Part shown: piece by piece, positions 38,111-48,700 of the stretch
How the letters are laid out: each line of letters starts with the position of its first letter
Numbering within the stretch: position 1 is the first letter of the stretch
Origin: Nanobdellota archaeon
GTDB lineage: Archaea > Nanobdellota > Nanobdellia > Parvarchaeales > Parvarchaeaceae
Assembly: GCA_021791655.1 (NCBI GenBank)
Contig: JAJYWD010000003.1
Coordinates: 166-64,165, forward strand
Direction of reading: 5' to 3'
DNA length: 64,000 nucleotides
Notes under the pieces: generated by a model
What the model was told of the DNA's origin: nothing
The model's input: the letters and a program-made list of their open reading frames with translations, nothing else
Databases searched by the model: none
Made by a program: the position numbers and the translations under genes

Positions 38111-38725
38111 TCAAACAGAAAATTTCCTGGACTTTATTCCGAGCGGCGAATCGTCTACTTTCAAAGATAAATCTACGGTTACCTGATTTTCTGATTTTGA
38201 TATGTTTATCTCACCTGAAGCCGATCTTTCTATCACTATGTTCACAAAAGGAAACATATAATTTATGAGACTCCTGAAAAGGGTCTTCGGGTTGCCCCTC
38301 TTTAAGATTACAGACACGTTGTCCTCCATCTCCGGCATGTCCGTTATCTTGAAATAATCGGTGTCGATGGTCATACTCACTATCTTCTCGTGTGGAAGGT
38401 CGAGCAGATCACTTATTATGCTGTTCAGGTCCTCGTTCGGACCGAATCGCTTTGAAACCGACTTTTGCTGGCCCTTCTCTGTAAATGTGAAGACGAGATT
38501 AACTGACGTTATCATATACAAACGTAGTAGGGTGTTGTAAATTTCCCTTGTAAAAATCCTTAGGGGGTGCGTGGCTCTCATGTTTATCGCACCTTCCTTT
38601 GTCTGTTCTATGGAGAATTTTAGCTTTTTGTACGGGATCAAGGATACAATGCCGCGGGATGGCTGAGTCCCTTCATCATAAAATTTCTTTATTTCACCAA
38701 CTGTCTCGAAAACACTCACATCCAT
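38111..38725 (-). CDS. hypothetical protein of 204 aa, co-transcribed with the KaiC-like/GTPase genes (4-nt gap)
   Basis: ORF track only. Confidence 0.45.
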   Translation of the reverse strand: MDVSVFETVGEIKKFYDEGTQPSRGIVSLIPYKKLKFSIEQTKEGAINMRATHPLRIFTREIYNTLLRLYMITSVNLVFTFTEKGQQKSVSKRFGPNEDLNSIISDLLDLPHEKIVSMTIDTDYFKITDMPEMEDNVSVILKRGNPKTLFRSLINYMFPFVNIVIERSASGEINISKSENQVTVDLSLKVDDSPLGIKSRKFSV

Positions 38726-38792
38726 ATAGACATATTAAAACCTGAGCAAATTAATATCTTAATACGGTTAAATCTCTGCCTTCTTTAAAGAA

Positions 38793-39422
38793 TCACGAAC
38801 AGATGCCGGTGGGTGCTGAAGCCGGGTCATATAACGCGGTCTCATTGGGCGCTATGGTGAACGACTGAAGCGATAACGGTTTTATAACCGCAACATAACC
38901 GGCACATCCCGCACTCAGATTAAACCATACCGACGGCGAGCTGCCAGTGTACTCGTAGGTGTTTGGGGACGAACTGGATTCTCCAGAGTTGTACCACTGC
39001 AGATACTGAGAATTCGTGAATATCAAAAACTCGGTCCTGACGCTGGACATGTACTGCATGTGCATCTTGAATGTATCAGGTATAGTCAGGAAGACGTAAG
39101 AGTTCCCGCTTTCAGTGGCGTTAACGTTCCATATACTGAACAGAGGTTTACCGCCGGAAAACGAGAATTGCAGGGGCACCGCTTGACCGTTCGATATGGC
39201 TACCGAAGAGTTAGCAGTGTACGCCTTGCCCTTAACTATAACAAGATTTGCTATATTGGGATAGCAGGAAGGGCCGCTCGGCAGCAGTATCAGTGTGTCA
39301 TTTGAAGGGCAAAGATTGACAACAGCTATGTGGGTAGCGAAGGCGTAGAACACGCCGGCCGCCACCAGAATAAAGACTATGAACGAGAAAATAGAAAAGA
39401 CGGTAAACGCTCGCTTATTCAT
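38793..39422 (-). CDS. secreted or membrane-anchored hypothetical protein (signal anchor)
   Basis: N-terminal hydrophobic helix SIFSFIVFILVAAGVFYAF. No catalytic motifs. Confidence 0.45.
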   Translation of the reverse strand: MNKRAFTVFSIFSFIVFILVAAGVFYAFATHIAVVNLCPSNDTLILLPSGPSCYPNIANLVIVKGKAYTANSSVAISNGQAVPLQFSFSGGKPLFSIWNVNATESGNSYVFLTIPDTFKMHMQYMSSVRTEFLIFTNSQYLQWYNSGESSSSPNTYEYTGSSPSVWFNLSAGCAGYVAVIKPLSLQSFTIAPNETALYDPASAPTGICS

Positions 39423-39474
39423 ACATTATAAGTAACTTTACGGATTAATACATCGAAATGGCGACTAAAGTTCC

Positions 39475-39864
39475 TTAAGGCGCGGGGCAGTGTGTTGCAT
39501 CACCTGCGGTTCCCGGCGTCATGCTATAAGGTACTCCTACAGAACTACCGTTGTAATTGCACGTTACCGGTGCGTTGTATATGCCACCCGTCTGATTATA
39601 ACAATAGTATGTTGCCCCGCCCACTATAGTCGATGAGGAGCACCAATTGGATGGGTAGGTATTGGCTGACGCATCTGTAGCGCATGTGGAACTACACGTT
39701 CCGTAGAACGCCTGCAATGCCTGCTGGTTGGGGTTTGTAGCGCCGCCTATTCCTTTGAAACCCCCTAAAACGAAAGTAATAAATAGCACCAGAATCAATA
39801 AGCCTATCGCTATTAAAATTATAGTATTTATAGGAAGGCCTTGTGCTTTGTTCAATAGTCTCAT
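39475..39864 (-). CDS. small Cys-rich type IV pilin-like protein (class III signal peptide)
   Basis: NKA-QGLPINTIILIAIGLLILVLF is prepilin-like. The mature part has about 12 Cys residues. Confidence 0.5.
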   Translation of the reverse strand: MRLLNKAQGLPINTIILIAIGLLILVLFITFVLGGFKGIGGATNPNQQALQAFYGTCSSTCATDASANTYPSNWCSSSTIVGGATYYCYNQTGGIYNAPVTCNYNGSSVGVPYSMTPGTAGDATHCPAP

Positions 39865-40109
39865 TATGATATAAAAATACGTCCGTATTTAAAGATTTCT
39901 ATTATAAAGCGCAATCGGTTTGCACTGCGTGAATCCCGACCGGCTTTTGTCCTTATTTTCAGTTTCTTATACATTGATAAGTAGTGCGAAAGTCTACAAA
40001 AGCCCGATTCTAGCCCGAGATAAACATAACGGTACATAATTGCCAGCGGCAGGCATCTGCGCAGATATGTCAATTAAAAGTTTATATCTTCAAATTCGTT
40101 TCAATAGCT

Positions 40110-40379
40110 ATGAAGCTCACAAAACTTGTAATAGACGCTGTCAAGCCAGTAGGGGAGTACAATATAATTGATTTGGCGACTGACCTTTCTAAATATGTCA
40201 AAGGCGGCTCTGTCTCAATAAAGGTGGAAGAAGTAGACATGAGAACCGAAGGCCTCAAGATAAGCCTGGAAGGAAAAAGGATAGATTTCGCTGGCATACA
40301 AAGTGCCATGAAGGATAGGGGTGCCGTTATAGATAGTTTGGACGAAGCTATAGTGAGCGAGCCCCATGGAAAGGCTTAA
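40110..40379 (+). CDS. DUF211-family protein
   Basis: L.IDAVKP...IDLA..LS....V..I.VEEVD..TEGLKI.LEG..IDF..I..A...GAVI.S.DE matches the DUF211 pattern. Confidence 0.5.
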   Translation: MKLTKLVIDAVKPVGEYNIIDLATDLSKYVKGGSVSIKVEEVDMRTEGLKISLEGKRIDFAGIQSAMKDRGAVIDSLDEAIVSEPHGKA

Positions 40380-40920
40380 GTCACGATACTCAATAATCGG
40401 CCTGAGCGATGGGCTTTTTATAGGTCTGGGTCTATCTGTGGGCGTTTCCTTTTTTAGCAGTTACAATTTCACCCTCGCCGCAACGCTTTTGGGTGGTCTG
40501 ACAAGCGCCCTTTCTAACTTCTTCAGCACGTACAATGCCGAGACATTCGCCACTGCGGAGAGGCTCCAGGAGTACAAACATCTCTTGTTCCTTAAGGAGT
40601 ACCAGCCCAAGAAACTCATAAAGGAAAGGAACGCACGCAGCATAAATTATTCATTTATAACGTTCGGCTTCACACTGATTGGCAGCGTGTTCGTGCTTAT
40701 ACCGTACATTCTAGCCTCAATTTACGAAGTCAACAGCCTGCAAACCGCAGCGGTGGCATCCTTTATACTCTCACTAATCGGATTGGGTGTTATGGGTGGC
40801 TATAATTCCGAGAGTAGCGGCAAGGCGTTAAGGGGCGCTCTTAAAACGATAGGCACTGGAATCCTTATATCTGCACTCAGTGCAGCGGTCGGTATTTTAC
40901 TGACTACGTTTTTAATATAG
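40366..40920 (+). CDS. VIT1/CCC1 (DUF125) family membrane protein
   Basis: YSIIGLSDGLFIGLGL.. start followed by TM helices; forms the known DUF211-VIT gene pair. Confidence 0.5.
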   Translation: MERLKSRYSIIGLSDGLFIGLGLSVGVSFFSSYNFTLAATLLGGLTSALSNFFSTYNAETFATAERLQEYKHLLFLKEYQPKKLIKERNARSINYSFITFGFTLIGSVFVLIPYILASIYEVNSLQTAAVASFILSLIGLGVMGGYNSESSGKALRGALKTIGTGILISALSAAVGILLTTFLI

Positions 40921-40922
40921 GG

Positions 40923-41711
40923 TTACTTAGCACGCACTATAACGTCCATCTTCTCGTTGAACTTTAGGCACTTTAGAAGAAGACCGTCCACCTCCGAGCC
41001 CTTTATATCAACTTTCTCGTTGTGTATAAGACGCCTACCTAGGGAAAAGATCTCGTGGAAAGTTGCAATATCACTCGTGTCTATAAGTCCTTTCTTGCTC
41101 AACGGCTCGAGCATATCAGAAATCGCTTCCGGGGAGGGGGGCACATCACCATTGTGCATTATAGCTGCCTGTGCAGAATTAACGACCGCCCAGTATATGT
41201 CTATCACAGATCCGGCAAGACGCAACTTAACAGAGTCGGAGTAGAGCTGGCTCCTCGTCAAAGCTGCATAAACAGATTCCTCGGTCGGTTTTATCTCCCC
41301 TTTGTTGAGCAGCACTTGCAGAGGTTCAAAGTACCCAGTGTCTATGAGGGCCACGCCGTATTTAAGGACGTTCACCGAGACTGGATCCGCCGCCAGCACG
41401 CCACGCCAGAAAGCCGTCAATGTAACGAAGTTTATGTGCAATTTTACGGATATTTCCCTCTTGTTAAGGTTTTCGACGTCGCTATAAAAGGGACCCAAAA
41501 ACTTGTCATCCAACACGTTCAGAACGTCGTCCATCACTACCATTACGTCCACGTCGCTCTTGTCCGTTTCCTTGCCTTTGCTAAAAGAGCCGAAAAGGAT
41601 TACCGTCTTCACAATTTTCGGATACATCCCGAAAAGATCTCTTGCGAACTTGTATGCGGCATCGTATCCGACCAGTTTAAGTTTTCCTTCTTCTCCAACG
41701 TCCATATTCAC
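40923..41711 (-). CDS. nucleotidyltransferase-domain protein (minimal NTase fused to a helical substrate-binding, HEPN-like domain)
   Basis: LFGSFSKGKETDKSDVDVMVV matches the Pol beta-type NTase GS..DxD motif. Confidence 0.55.
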   Translation of the reverse strand: MNMDVGEEGKLKLVGYDAAYKFARDLFGMYPKIVKTVILFGSFSKGKETDKSDVDVMVVMDDVLNVLDDKFLGPFYSDVENLNKREISVKLHINFVTLTAFWRGVLAADPVSVNVLKYGVALIDTGYFEPLQVLLNKGEIKPTEESVYAALTRSQLYSDSVKLRLAGSVIDIYWAVVNSAQAAIMHNGDVPPSPEAISDMLEPLSKKGLIDTSDIATFHEIFSLGRRLIHNEKVDIKGSEVDGLLLKCLKFNEKMDVIVRAK

Positions 41712-43375
41712 ACCATCGGCGTACTTGAAAACGAGCCGCCGCCCTCGTGGTTCATGTACCCTCCCCCTAAAACGGGGGAAAGACCAGAAAATCCGCCGTA
41801 TCCAGCGGAAAAGATGTCATTCTTCAATCCTAGATTCGAGTAAGTGGAGTAATCGCCCATCAACGAAGAATATGGATGCGCAGCGTAGGCTGGCATGCTT
41901 ACATATGGCACATCGTTGTATATAGGTTCGCCCATGTACTGTAATGACTCTGCCATGCCGCCAGTTATGCCGCCGGCGCCGCCGAATACCTCCATTATAG
42001 CCGGTGCCTCGACCCCGGCCTTCTTCAGTGCTTCATATACCTCTTTTACTGGGGCGTTACCCTCGCCAAGTGGAAGATGAGCATCGCTATCGCCCATGTT
42101 GTCATGAAGGTGGTAACGCTTCAAATAATCCTTAGCGCCCATCGCCATATTTAGTATATCTTGGTCATTGTACGGTTTGCCAGTTTCAGGATTCGTATAT
42201 GACTTGAAAATATTCACGTGACCGACGTCTAGGTTTATGCCGATAACCTTCCTGCTAAGGTCTTCTGCGTCTGATTTGCTCATGCCCTTCTTTGAAGCGG
42301 CTTCTACGAACAGCTGTCTAGCCATCTTGACTGCCTCTGCGGTCTCTTTTGGATTGCTTAGCGACATGTCGGGAGTCATGGTGTTCTCCACCAGAATCAT
42401 AGGTTTTGTCTTGGTCTCGAACGCGGAATACATGGCCGCGTCCTTTATGCCCGCCGCCGCCAGCGAGGGCGCTTTCTTGTCGAATGAGACGTATCTCTTG
42501 TCAATCATCGTTGATTCTATTTCGAGCCGCTTATCCGCCGTGTCCAGGTCCTTTATGAACTTATTCAACTCCTCGGTCTGCTTGGTCAGCTTTTCCGCTT
42601 CTTTGGCATCGCCCTGCAGATTGGCCCTCATCAGCTCCTTAACGATCTCGAATCTCTGTGCTTCCAGATTGCTCTTCTGTATCTCATACGATGTGCGCTG
42701 CCGGCTTACCTCAGAGCTCTGCTGCACCTTGAAGAATTCGAGTTGCGCCTCCGGGGATAGCCTTATCCTATTCTCACTGAGCTTCTGGAAGCCATTTGGT
42801 ATCTTATTGAGTTTGTCCACCACTTCCTTCCCGTAAAGATCCTCAAACTGCTTGGCGGACACGTTCATCTCTTCCCCCTGCAGCGGCATCACTTTTTTTT
42901 CCTCTTCGTCGTACGCCCACATCATCTTCGATTTGTCGGGGTTCCCAAAATTGTCATATGAAGCATGAAATATTATCGGCATGTTCTCTTTTTTCATACC
43001 AGTAGAAACATCGTCCGCAAAAGTAAGCGCCTCTTTCACTTCTCTCTCCATCTGGTGCTGGAACTGTCCGTCCATACTACCGGATTTCGGGTTTATCCCG
43101 GCGAAATTTATAGACCATGGCGCGTGCACGCTCAAGTCCACGTTCGTACTGTCAGCCAGATTGCTTATTGCCTGCCTTTCCGTCCTGCCTATCCTTTCAG
43201 CCGAGCCCATCTTGCCAGTGTGCCCGTATAGGCTGGCCAGGTTTATCTCCACCATTCTTGCGCCGCTCCTCAGAACACTTGCGAAATTCTCCAGCTGATT
43301 CTGCTCGTCCACCGAAACTCCTAGCGATGCCTGTTTGAACGAGTCCCCGAAATTCTTCAATGTATAGTCCGTCAT
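41708..43375 (-). CDS. xylose-isomerase-like TIM barrel protein with a ~180 aa coiled-coil insertion and a Gly/Tyr-rich C-terminal tail
   Basis: EINLASLYGH..VHAP at the N-terminus and GINLDVGHVN..HLHDN.GDSDAHLPLGEGN at the C-terminus are typical of this barrel family. The segment between them is charged and heptad-like. Confidence 0.45.
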   Translation of the reverse strand: MTDYTLKNFGDSFKQASLGVSVDEQNQLENFASVLRSGARMVEINLASLYGHTGKMGSAERIGRTERQAISNLADSTNVDLSVHAPWSINFAGINPKSGSMDGQFQHQMEREVKEALTFADDVSTGMKKENMPIIFHASYDNFGNPDKSKMMWAYDEEEKKVMPLQGEEMNVSAKQFEDLYGKEVVDKLNKIPNGFQKLSENRIRLSPEAQLEFFKVQQSSEVSRQRTSYEIQKSNLEAQRFEIVKELMRANLQGDAKEAEKLTKQTEELNKFIKDLDTADKRLEIESTMIDKRYVSFDKKAPSLAAAGIKDAAMYSAFETKTKPMILVENTMTPDMSLSNPKETAEAVKMARQLFVEAASKKGMSKSDAEDLSRKVIGINLDVGHVNIFKSYTNPETGKPYNDQDILNMAMGAKDYLKRYHLHDNMGDSDAHLPLGEGNAPVKEVYEALKKAGVEAPAIMEVFGGAGGITGGMAESLQYMGEPIYNDVPYVSMPAYAAHPYSSLMGDYSTYSNLGLKNDIFSAGYGGFSGLSPVLGGGYMNHEGGGSFSSTPMV

Positions 43376-43480
43376 TTTATGCCTCTCACAATACTTATAC
43401 TACGGTAGTAATGAAATACCTTTCTATATATAACTGAGAATCAATCGAAACCTACTTTTACCGGTTTGCGCATTTTTCAC

Positions 43481-45004
43481 TCAACCTCGTCTGAGCAGCC
43501 TCAAAAGCCAGTCTTGACGCGAGAACTTGAGGAAGAATACTATGTCTCTCCTGTGCAGCACGCCCATGAAGAACGTTATCAGAAGATAGAAGAAAAACAC
43601 CATAATCAGGATAAACGGCAATAGAATAAGCGAGGTAAATATCTCAAGCAGAAAATAGAGTATCCCACTCATTATGGCGCCGGCAACGACCATCTTTAAA
43701 ATTTCCTTATACGGGATCACTATTTTTATGTATCTTTTAGAGAAAAATATGTTAACCAATAAATTCGATATGTTGACCCCGAAAAGGGCGAGAGCTCCTC
43801 CCGTAGAAAGTAGATTCGGGACCGCCAGGGCTACTATGGTTATGCTCACTACGGCCGATATAACGGCTGAATAGAGATTGTATTTCTGCTTCCCTATCGC
43901 ACCCAATACTATGGTTATCGGCGCGAAAATCGCTACAATCAGCGATGAGACGGTTATTATTATGAATGGCGTCTGTGCTCCAAGGAAAACTCCGCGATAC
44001 AACAGCCTTATCAACGGGTTTATGGCGACGATCGAGCCTAAAGCCAACGGGATGGTTATCAGAGCCGCATACCTCATAAGAGTGTACTGTAACCTGTAGA
44101 ACTTGTCGAGCTCACCGCGTTCAAAGAATTTTGTGGCAGTAGCAAAAAATCCGCTTCCGATGGCCATCGCGGGTGCAGCAATGAAAGAGCCCATTATGTG
44201 ACCGACCCTGTAAAAGCCTACGAACTCGGTGTTCGGTGCGACCACACCCAAAAACAATATAATAAAGTAGTTGTACAATAGACCTATCAGAGACATACCA
44301 TAGGTGAAATGTCCGTATTTCTTTAGATGACTCCTTCCCCTGCGGTCCGGCTCCTTTTTGTGCTGTATCGGCTTTAGATAGTGATATATGATGTATAAAG
44401 AGAATATCGCAGCCCCCACGAAGGATAAATCGTAGAAACCGACCAGGCCGACCAGTCCGAACCCGTAGAAAAGAGCCACGATCTGTCCTACCCCTATAAC
44501 CTCGAATATTACGTTGGATACGAAAGAGTACTTTATTTTCTGTAAACCAGTAAGGATGGGATAGGCGAAGTTGTTTGTAACGGAAAAGAACACCACGCCT
44601 ACGGCGAGTATCTGTATAAGATATGAGAGTTGCGGCGCGTGAAATAACACAGCCAGCGGGCCTGATAAAGCAAACAGCGCCACAGAAGACACAGTAGAAG
44701 CGAGTAAAAGCACCCAAAAGTAGTGCTCAAGCAGCCACTTTATGACATCCTTTTTATTATTAGCTCTGTATTTTGAGACTCCGTACTGCAACATGCCTCC
44801 AAAGCCAAGGCTTGCGATTGTGGTTACGGACGACCAGATTATTATCGAAAGGGAGTACACGCCATACAACGATGCACCGAGGAACCTCCCTATGAATACA
44901 CTCAGTATGAAAGACATTACAACCGAAAGGAGGGTGACCAAAAACGAATAGACGCCATTTGAAGCCACATTAATATTTTCCAGTTCGTCATCTATATCAT
45001 CCAT
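43481..45004 (-). CDS. MOP-superfamily polysaccharide/oligosaccharide flippase (Wzx/MATE-like)
   Basis: About 12-14 TM helices with MOP-like organisation. Lies next to aglB. Confidence 0.55.
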   Translation of the reverse strand: MDDIDDELENINVASNGVYSFLVTLLSVVMSFILSVFIGRFLGASLYGVYSLSIIIWSSVTTIASLGFGGMLQYGVSKYRANNKKDVIKWLLEHYFWVLLLASTVSSVALFALSGPLAVLFHAPQLSYLIQILAVGVVFFSVTNNFAYPILTGLQKIKYSFVSNVIFEVIGVGQIVALFYGFGLVGLVGFYDLSFVGAAIFSLYIIYHYLKPIQHKKEPDRRGRSHLKKYGHFTYGMSLIGLLYNYFIILFLGVVAPNTEFVGFYRVGHIMGSFIAAPAMAIGSGFFATATKFFERGELDKFYRLQYTLMRYAALITIPLALGSIVAINPLIRLLYRGVFLGAQTPFIIITVSSLIVAIFAPITIVLGAIGKQKYNLYSAVISAVVSITIVALAVPNLLSTGGALALFGVNISNLLVNIFFSKRYIKIVIPYKEILKMVVAGAIMSGILYFLLEIFTSLILLPFILIMVFFFYLLITFFMGVLHRRDIVFFLKFSRQDWLLRLLRRG

Positions 45005-45132
45005 CTGATTACGATGGCGTTCCCCGATTTAAGCGTTTTAGTTTATCCCGTAAATTCTTCCGTGTAAACCGACGGAATAGAGTCGACAAGAGTTTTATAG
45101 CAGCTTCACGGCTCGCACGCCGCGTAAGCACA

Positions 45133-45699
45133 TCACGGCGCTTTTGTCCCCTCAGAGAAATTCCTTATGTAAGAGGAGCACAGCGCCCTCATGGCCTCTA
45201 CACTCAGGTGGGAGTTGTCTACCACTAACTTAAACGGGTACATGTCTCTGTCGATTTTTATTTTGTACAGCTTGTAATATATCTTCGTTGAGAGTTTGTC
45301 CTTCTTTTTCATGAAATCAAGGGCGTCTTTGTATAGTATACCATCCCTGACCACAACCCTCCTCGCCCTTGTCTCTAAGTCTGCCCTTAAGTAAATTTTT
45401 ATGGTGTCCTTGTCGTCTATTTTCCACGAAGCCACCCAGCTGTCTATTATAATGTTATCGTGGGATGCCACGTGCTTCAGTATAAAATCGTCTAGCATCC
45501 TGTCATATTTCAGATGCGACAGCCTAAACTTCAACGCGTCTAAGCCCTTCTTTGACTCCCAGAAAACAAAGTCCTTCTTCGGCATTATGTCCTTCCATTT
45601 AGAACTCGCGGAGAAATATTCCAAACCGAATTCTTGGCTAAGACCCCTCACAAGCGTTGACTTTCCTGTGGCGGTCAAACCGGATATTATTATTTTCAT
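45133..45699 (-). CDS. P-loop kinase, cytidylate kinase-like
   Basis: N-terminal MKIIISGLTATGKST P-loop and an NMP-kinase-like length of 188 aa. Confidence 0.4.
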   Translation of the reverse strand: MKIIISGLTATGKSTLVRGLSQEFGLEYFSASSKWKDIMPKKDFVFWESKKGLDALKFRLSHLKYDRMLDDFILKHVASHDNIIIDSWVASWKIDDKDTIKIYLRADLETRARRVVVRDGILYKDALDFMKKKDKLSTKIYYKLYKIKIDRDMYPFKLVVDNSHLSVEAMRALCSSYIRNFSEGTKAP

Positions 45700-45714
45700 A
45701 TTATTGCACCTAAA

Positions 45715-48700
45715 TCAGCTTATCGATGAGTTCCTTATTAGGCCGTAGTTGGCAACGTCGGAGAAGAAAACCGATGGAAGATAACTTAGATTGTCACAGT
45801 AATTCTGTGCGGAGGGGTCAACGCTGCACTGTCCCGTTAGCATGTATTTGCTCAGCTGAGTATAATTTATTTCATAAACATTCACATTCGTAAGCACTTG
45901 ATTATTCACGCTCAGGAAAGAGTTTACTGGCAAGCCGTCCGAAAACACGAGCTTGAATCCCGGCACACTTTCATTGAGAAGGTAAAGTTTCGTGAATAGA
46001 CTGTCCAGCGCTTTCTGCGGTATAAACAGCACAGACGGTGTATTGCCGTACTGTGACATGCTTATCTGGGCAGGGATGTATCCGGATCCATTGTACGGCC
46101 CGCCTATGCGAAGGGTCTGGCTGTCGGAAGCGTTAAGCTGCATCACTCCCCCAGGTATGCCTTTGCTGTCAACTAATGTACATCCAGTCCCGTAATTGCA
46201 GGAGTATTCCATCGGGATTGGGTTTGTCTGGCTGCCGCTTAGCGTATTGTAAACTATGCCGTATGTGCCGCCCTCTGTGAACGCCTTAGTTACGTTAGAA
46301 TAGTTGAAAGGAATCAAAACCTCTGCAAGATAGTTGTCTGCTGCGTCCCACATTGTGCCCCCATAAGAGAAATTGGCCTCAAGGGGCGCAATGCCACCCG
46401 ACTGACCGCCGAACACTGCCAGGTACTGGTAGCTCTTGTTACCTAGATTTATTGAATTCTGGGCAGGCTGTCCTTCGGTCATTGGTGTATATTGCGTATA
46501 ATTTAGCGCTATCGTCGAGATCGCCGAGAATTTCTCTACCTCGCTGCCACTTATCACGGCGTAATTCGGCCTATGGATGAAATTAAGGTATGTAGAGTAA
46601 ACGTAAGGCGAAGTCGCTGTGAAGAAGTACTTCGCTATCATGGACTGATAGCCATAGGCATTGCTACCGTCTGCAACAGACGTACGATTAGCAATCGCTT
46701 CTATCCAGTAACCATAATCCCACCAGGAGATTACGGATGAATTTTGAGGCGTGTGATATTTCACCCATAGCATGGTCGGCCCCCACAGCGCAAGCCCGCT
46801 GCCGCTCTGCGACGCCGTAGCATATGATGCAGACAAACTTGCATAGAGATCCACCACTACGAACACCACCGCTACTAAGACTAGCGCGGCTACAAGCGCA
46901 CTTCGCCACGCATCGTCTTTGGTAAATGCCTTTGAAATGCTGATTCCTTCCTTCACAAACAGGGTTATAACGATGGGAATGAGTATGACCGCAATGAAGT
47001 CAGTGGGCTGCAGAAGTCTGTTTTCCACGTTTGAAAGCGCCAGAGTTATTATCAGGAAAAGGAAAAGTACGAGATATAGAGGTGCTTTCTTGTTCTCCTC
47101 GAACTTGTCGAAGAGAAAACCTATCGCAAGAAATATCGCTATAGCAACTATGCCATACTTGTAAAAGTCCGTTCCCTGATTTATGAAAGTGAAGACAGCA
47201 GAGAATATCATCGAGAAGAAGGTCATTAGTATCACCAATGTAAGTACGCGCTTGAAAGTCCCTTTATTCCAGTCCAGCGCAATTCTCCCGAGCGGCAAGA
47301 GCGACAAAAGTATAAAAACAACCAAGAAGCTATACGAAGCTGCGCCGGGCGTGTACTGCCCGCCGAAAACCAGTGCTAAAAACGGCAATGCACCCAGATA
47401 GAATATGTACCAATTCTTGAATCTCTTAGTCAATAAGTATAGTGCAACAGCCGAGCCTATTATGAATAGCAAGAAATTGATACCGATTGTATCAGCAGCG
47501 CCGCACACACCACTCAGGAAATTATACTCGCACACTCTCTGTGCTAGGGTCATCTGGCCAAACTCTGCAACCGTTAGAGACACAACATTGACACTTGCAC
47601 TGCCTATGCCCAACGGATTCGCAAATTCCGACACCAACTCCTTAGACAAAGACAAGAAGTGAGACAGCCCGGTAAGTAACAACAGGAAAACCGCTACGAG
47701 TGTACTATATATTATGACCGATGCACCCTCGTTTATCAGGGGAATCCTAAGCCTACGCTTATTGCCGTCATATACGAAAACTTTGAACAATACCGCCAGA
47801 TATGCCAAAAGCATGGGGATATAGGTAGCAGAGAGCAGAGAGGATAGACTGAAGTCGCCGAACGACGCTTCAAACGGAATCCACAGAGCGAAGGGTAGGA
47901 AGGGAAGCAGGTCCTTTCTTTCGTAGTATCCGAACAGAATAAGACCCAAAAACACTAAAGGCACCAACACGAGAAGATACTTAGTATAACCGCTGGTGAT
48001 TATAGAAAATCCCATGGCCAATGCCAGCATGAAACCGTACATCATCTTCGTTTTGAATCTGTCACTTTTTAGTATTTTTATCAGGAAATACACGGCTAAA
48101 ACTATAAACAAAAAGCCCATGGCAGTCTTTGTAGAAAAACCGGCGGTGCTCCTGCTAAGGAACGTAGCGAAAGCGGGGAAGATAAAAGCGCCTATCGAAG
48201 CTGCGTAATAATCGTCGAACAACTCCAGGATTATGAAGAACAGTAGGATTGTAGTGAGTATGGTAACTATCGCCGGATAAATCATAAACCATGTCATTGG
48301 CGTCAGCCCGCTGAACACGGGCTGCAGAAGCCTGAACACGTACGCACCGAAAAAGGAAATCAAAAGAGGCTGACTTCTGGGCACCAAGCCTATCGGCAGA
48401 TACTGCATATGATTTACCGCCGGCACATTTCCCGTGTTTATGACGTTTATCATCTGCGTATAAAAGAAATACGGGTCAAGCCCGTTTAGAGAGCCGCCCA
48501 TTCCAAGGAAACCGTTCCCTATTAGCGGAGACCCGCCAAGTGCCGGCAGGCTTGACAAACGCACGTATGTGCCCAGATATAGCGCAATGATCAACAGGAT
48601 ATAGAACAGTACGCGTTTTTCTATTAGAAACCAATACATCCACGAGAAGAACTTCCCGAATATGTCAAAATTTACGTTGACTTCTATCTCGGTTATGCTT

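Noticed and set aside
41055-41843. 262-aa plus-strand ORF
   Set aside because: Fully antisense to the nucleotidyltransferase gene. The sequence is His/Arg-rich and low-complexity, typical of a shadow ORF.
44121-44717. 198-aa Arg-rich minus-strand ORF
   Set aside because: It is an alternative frame inside the MOP flippase gene, whose frame encodes coherent TM helices.
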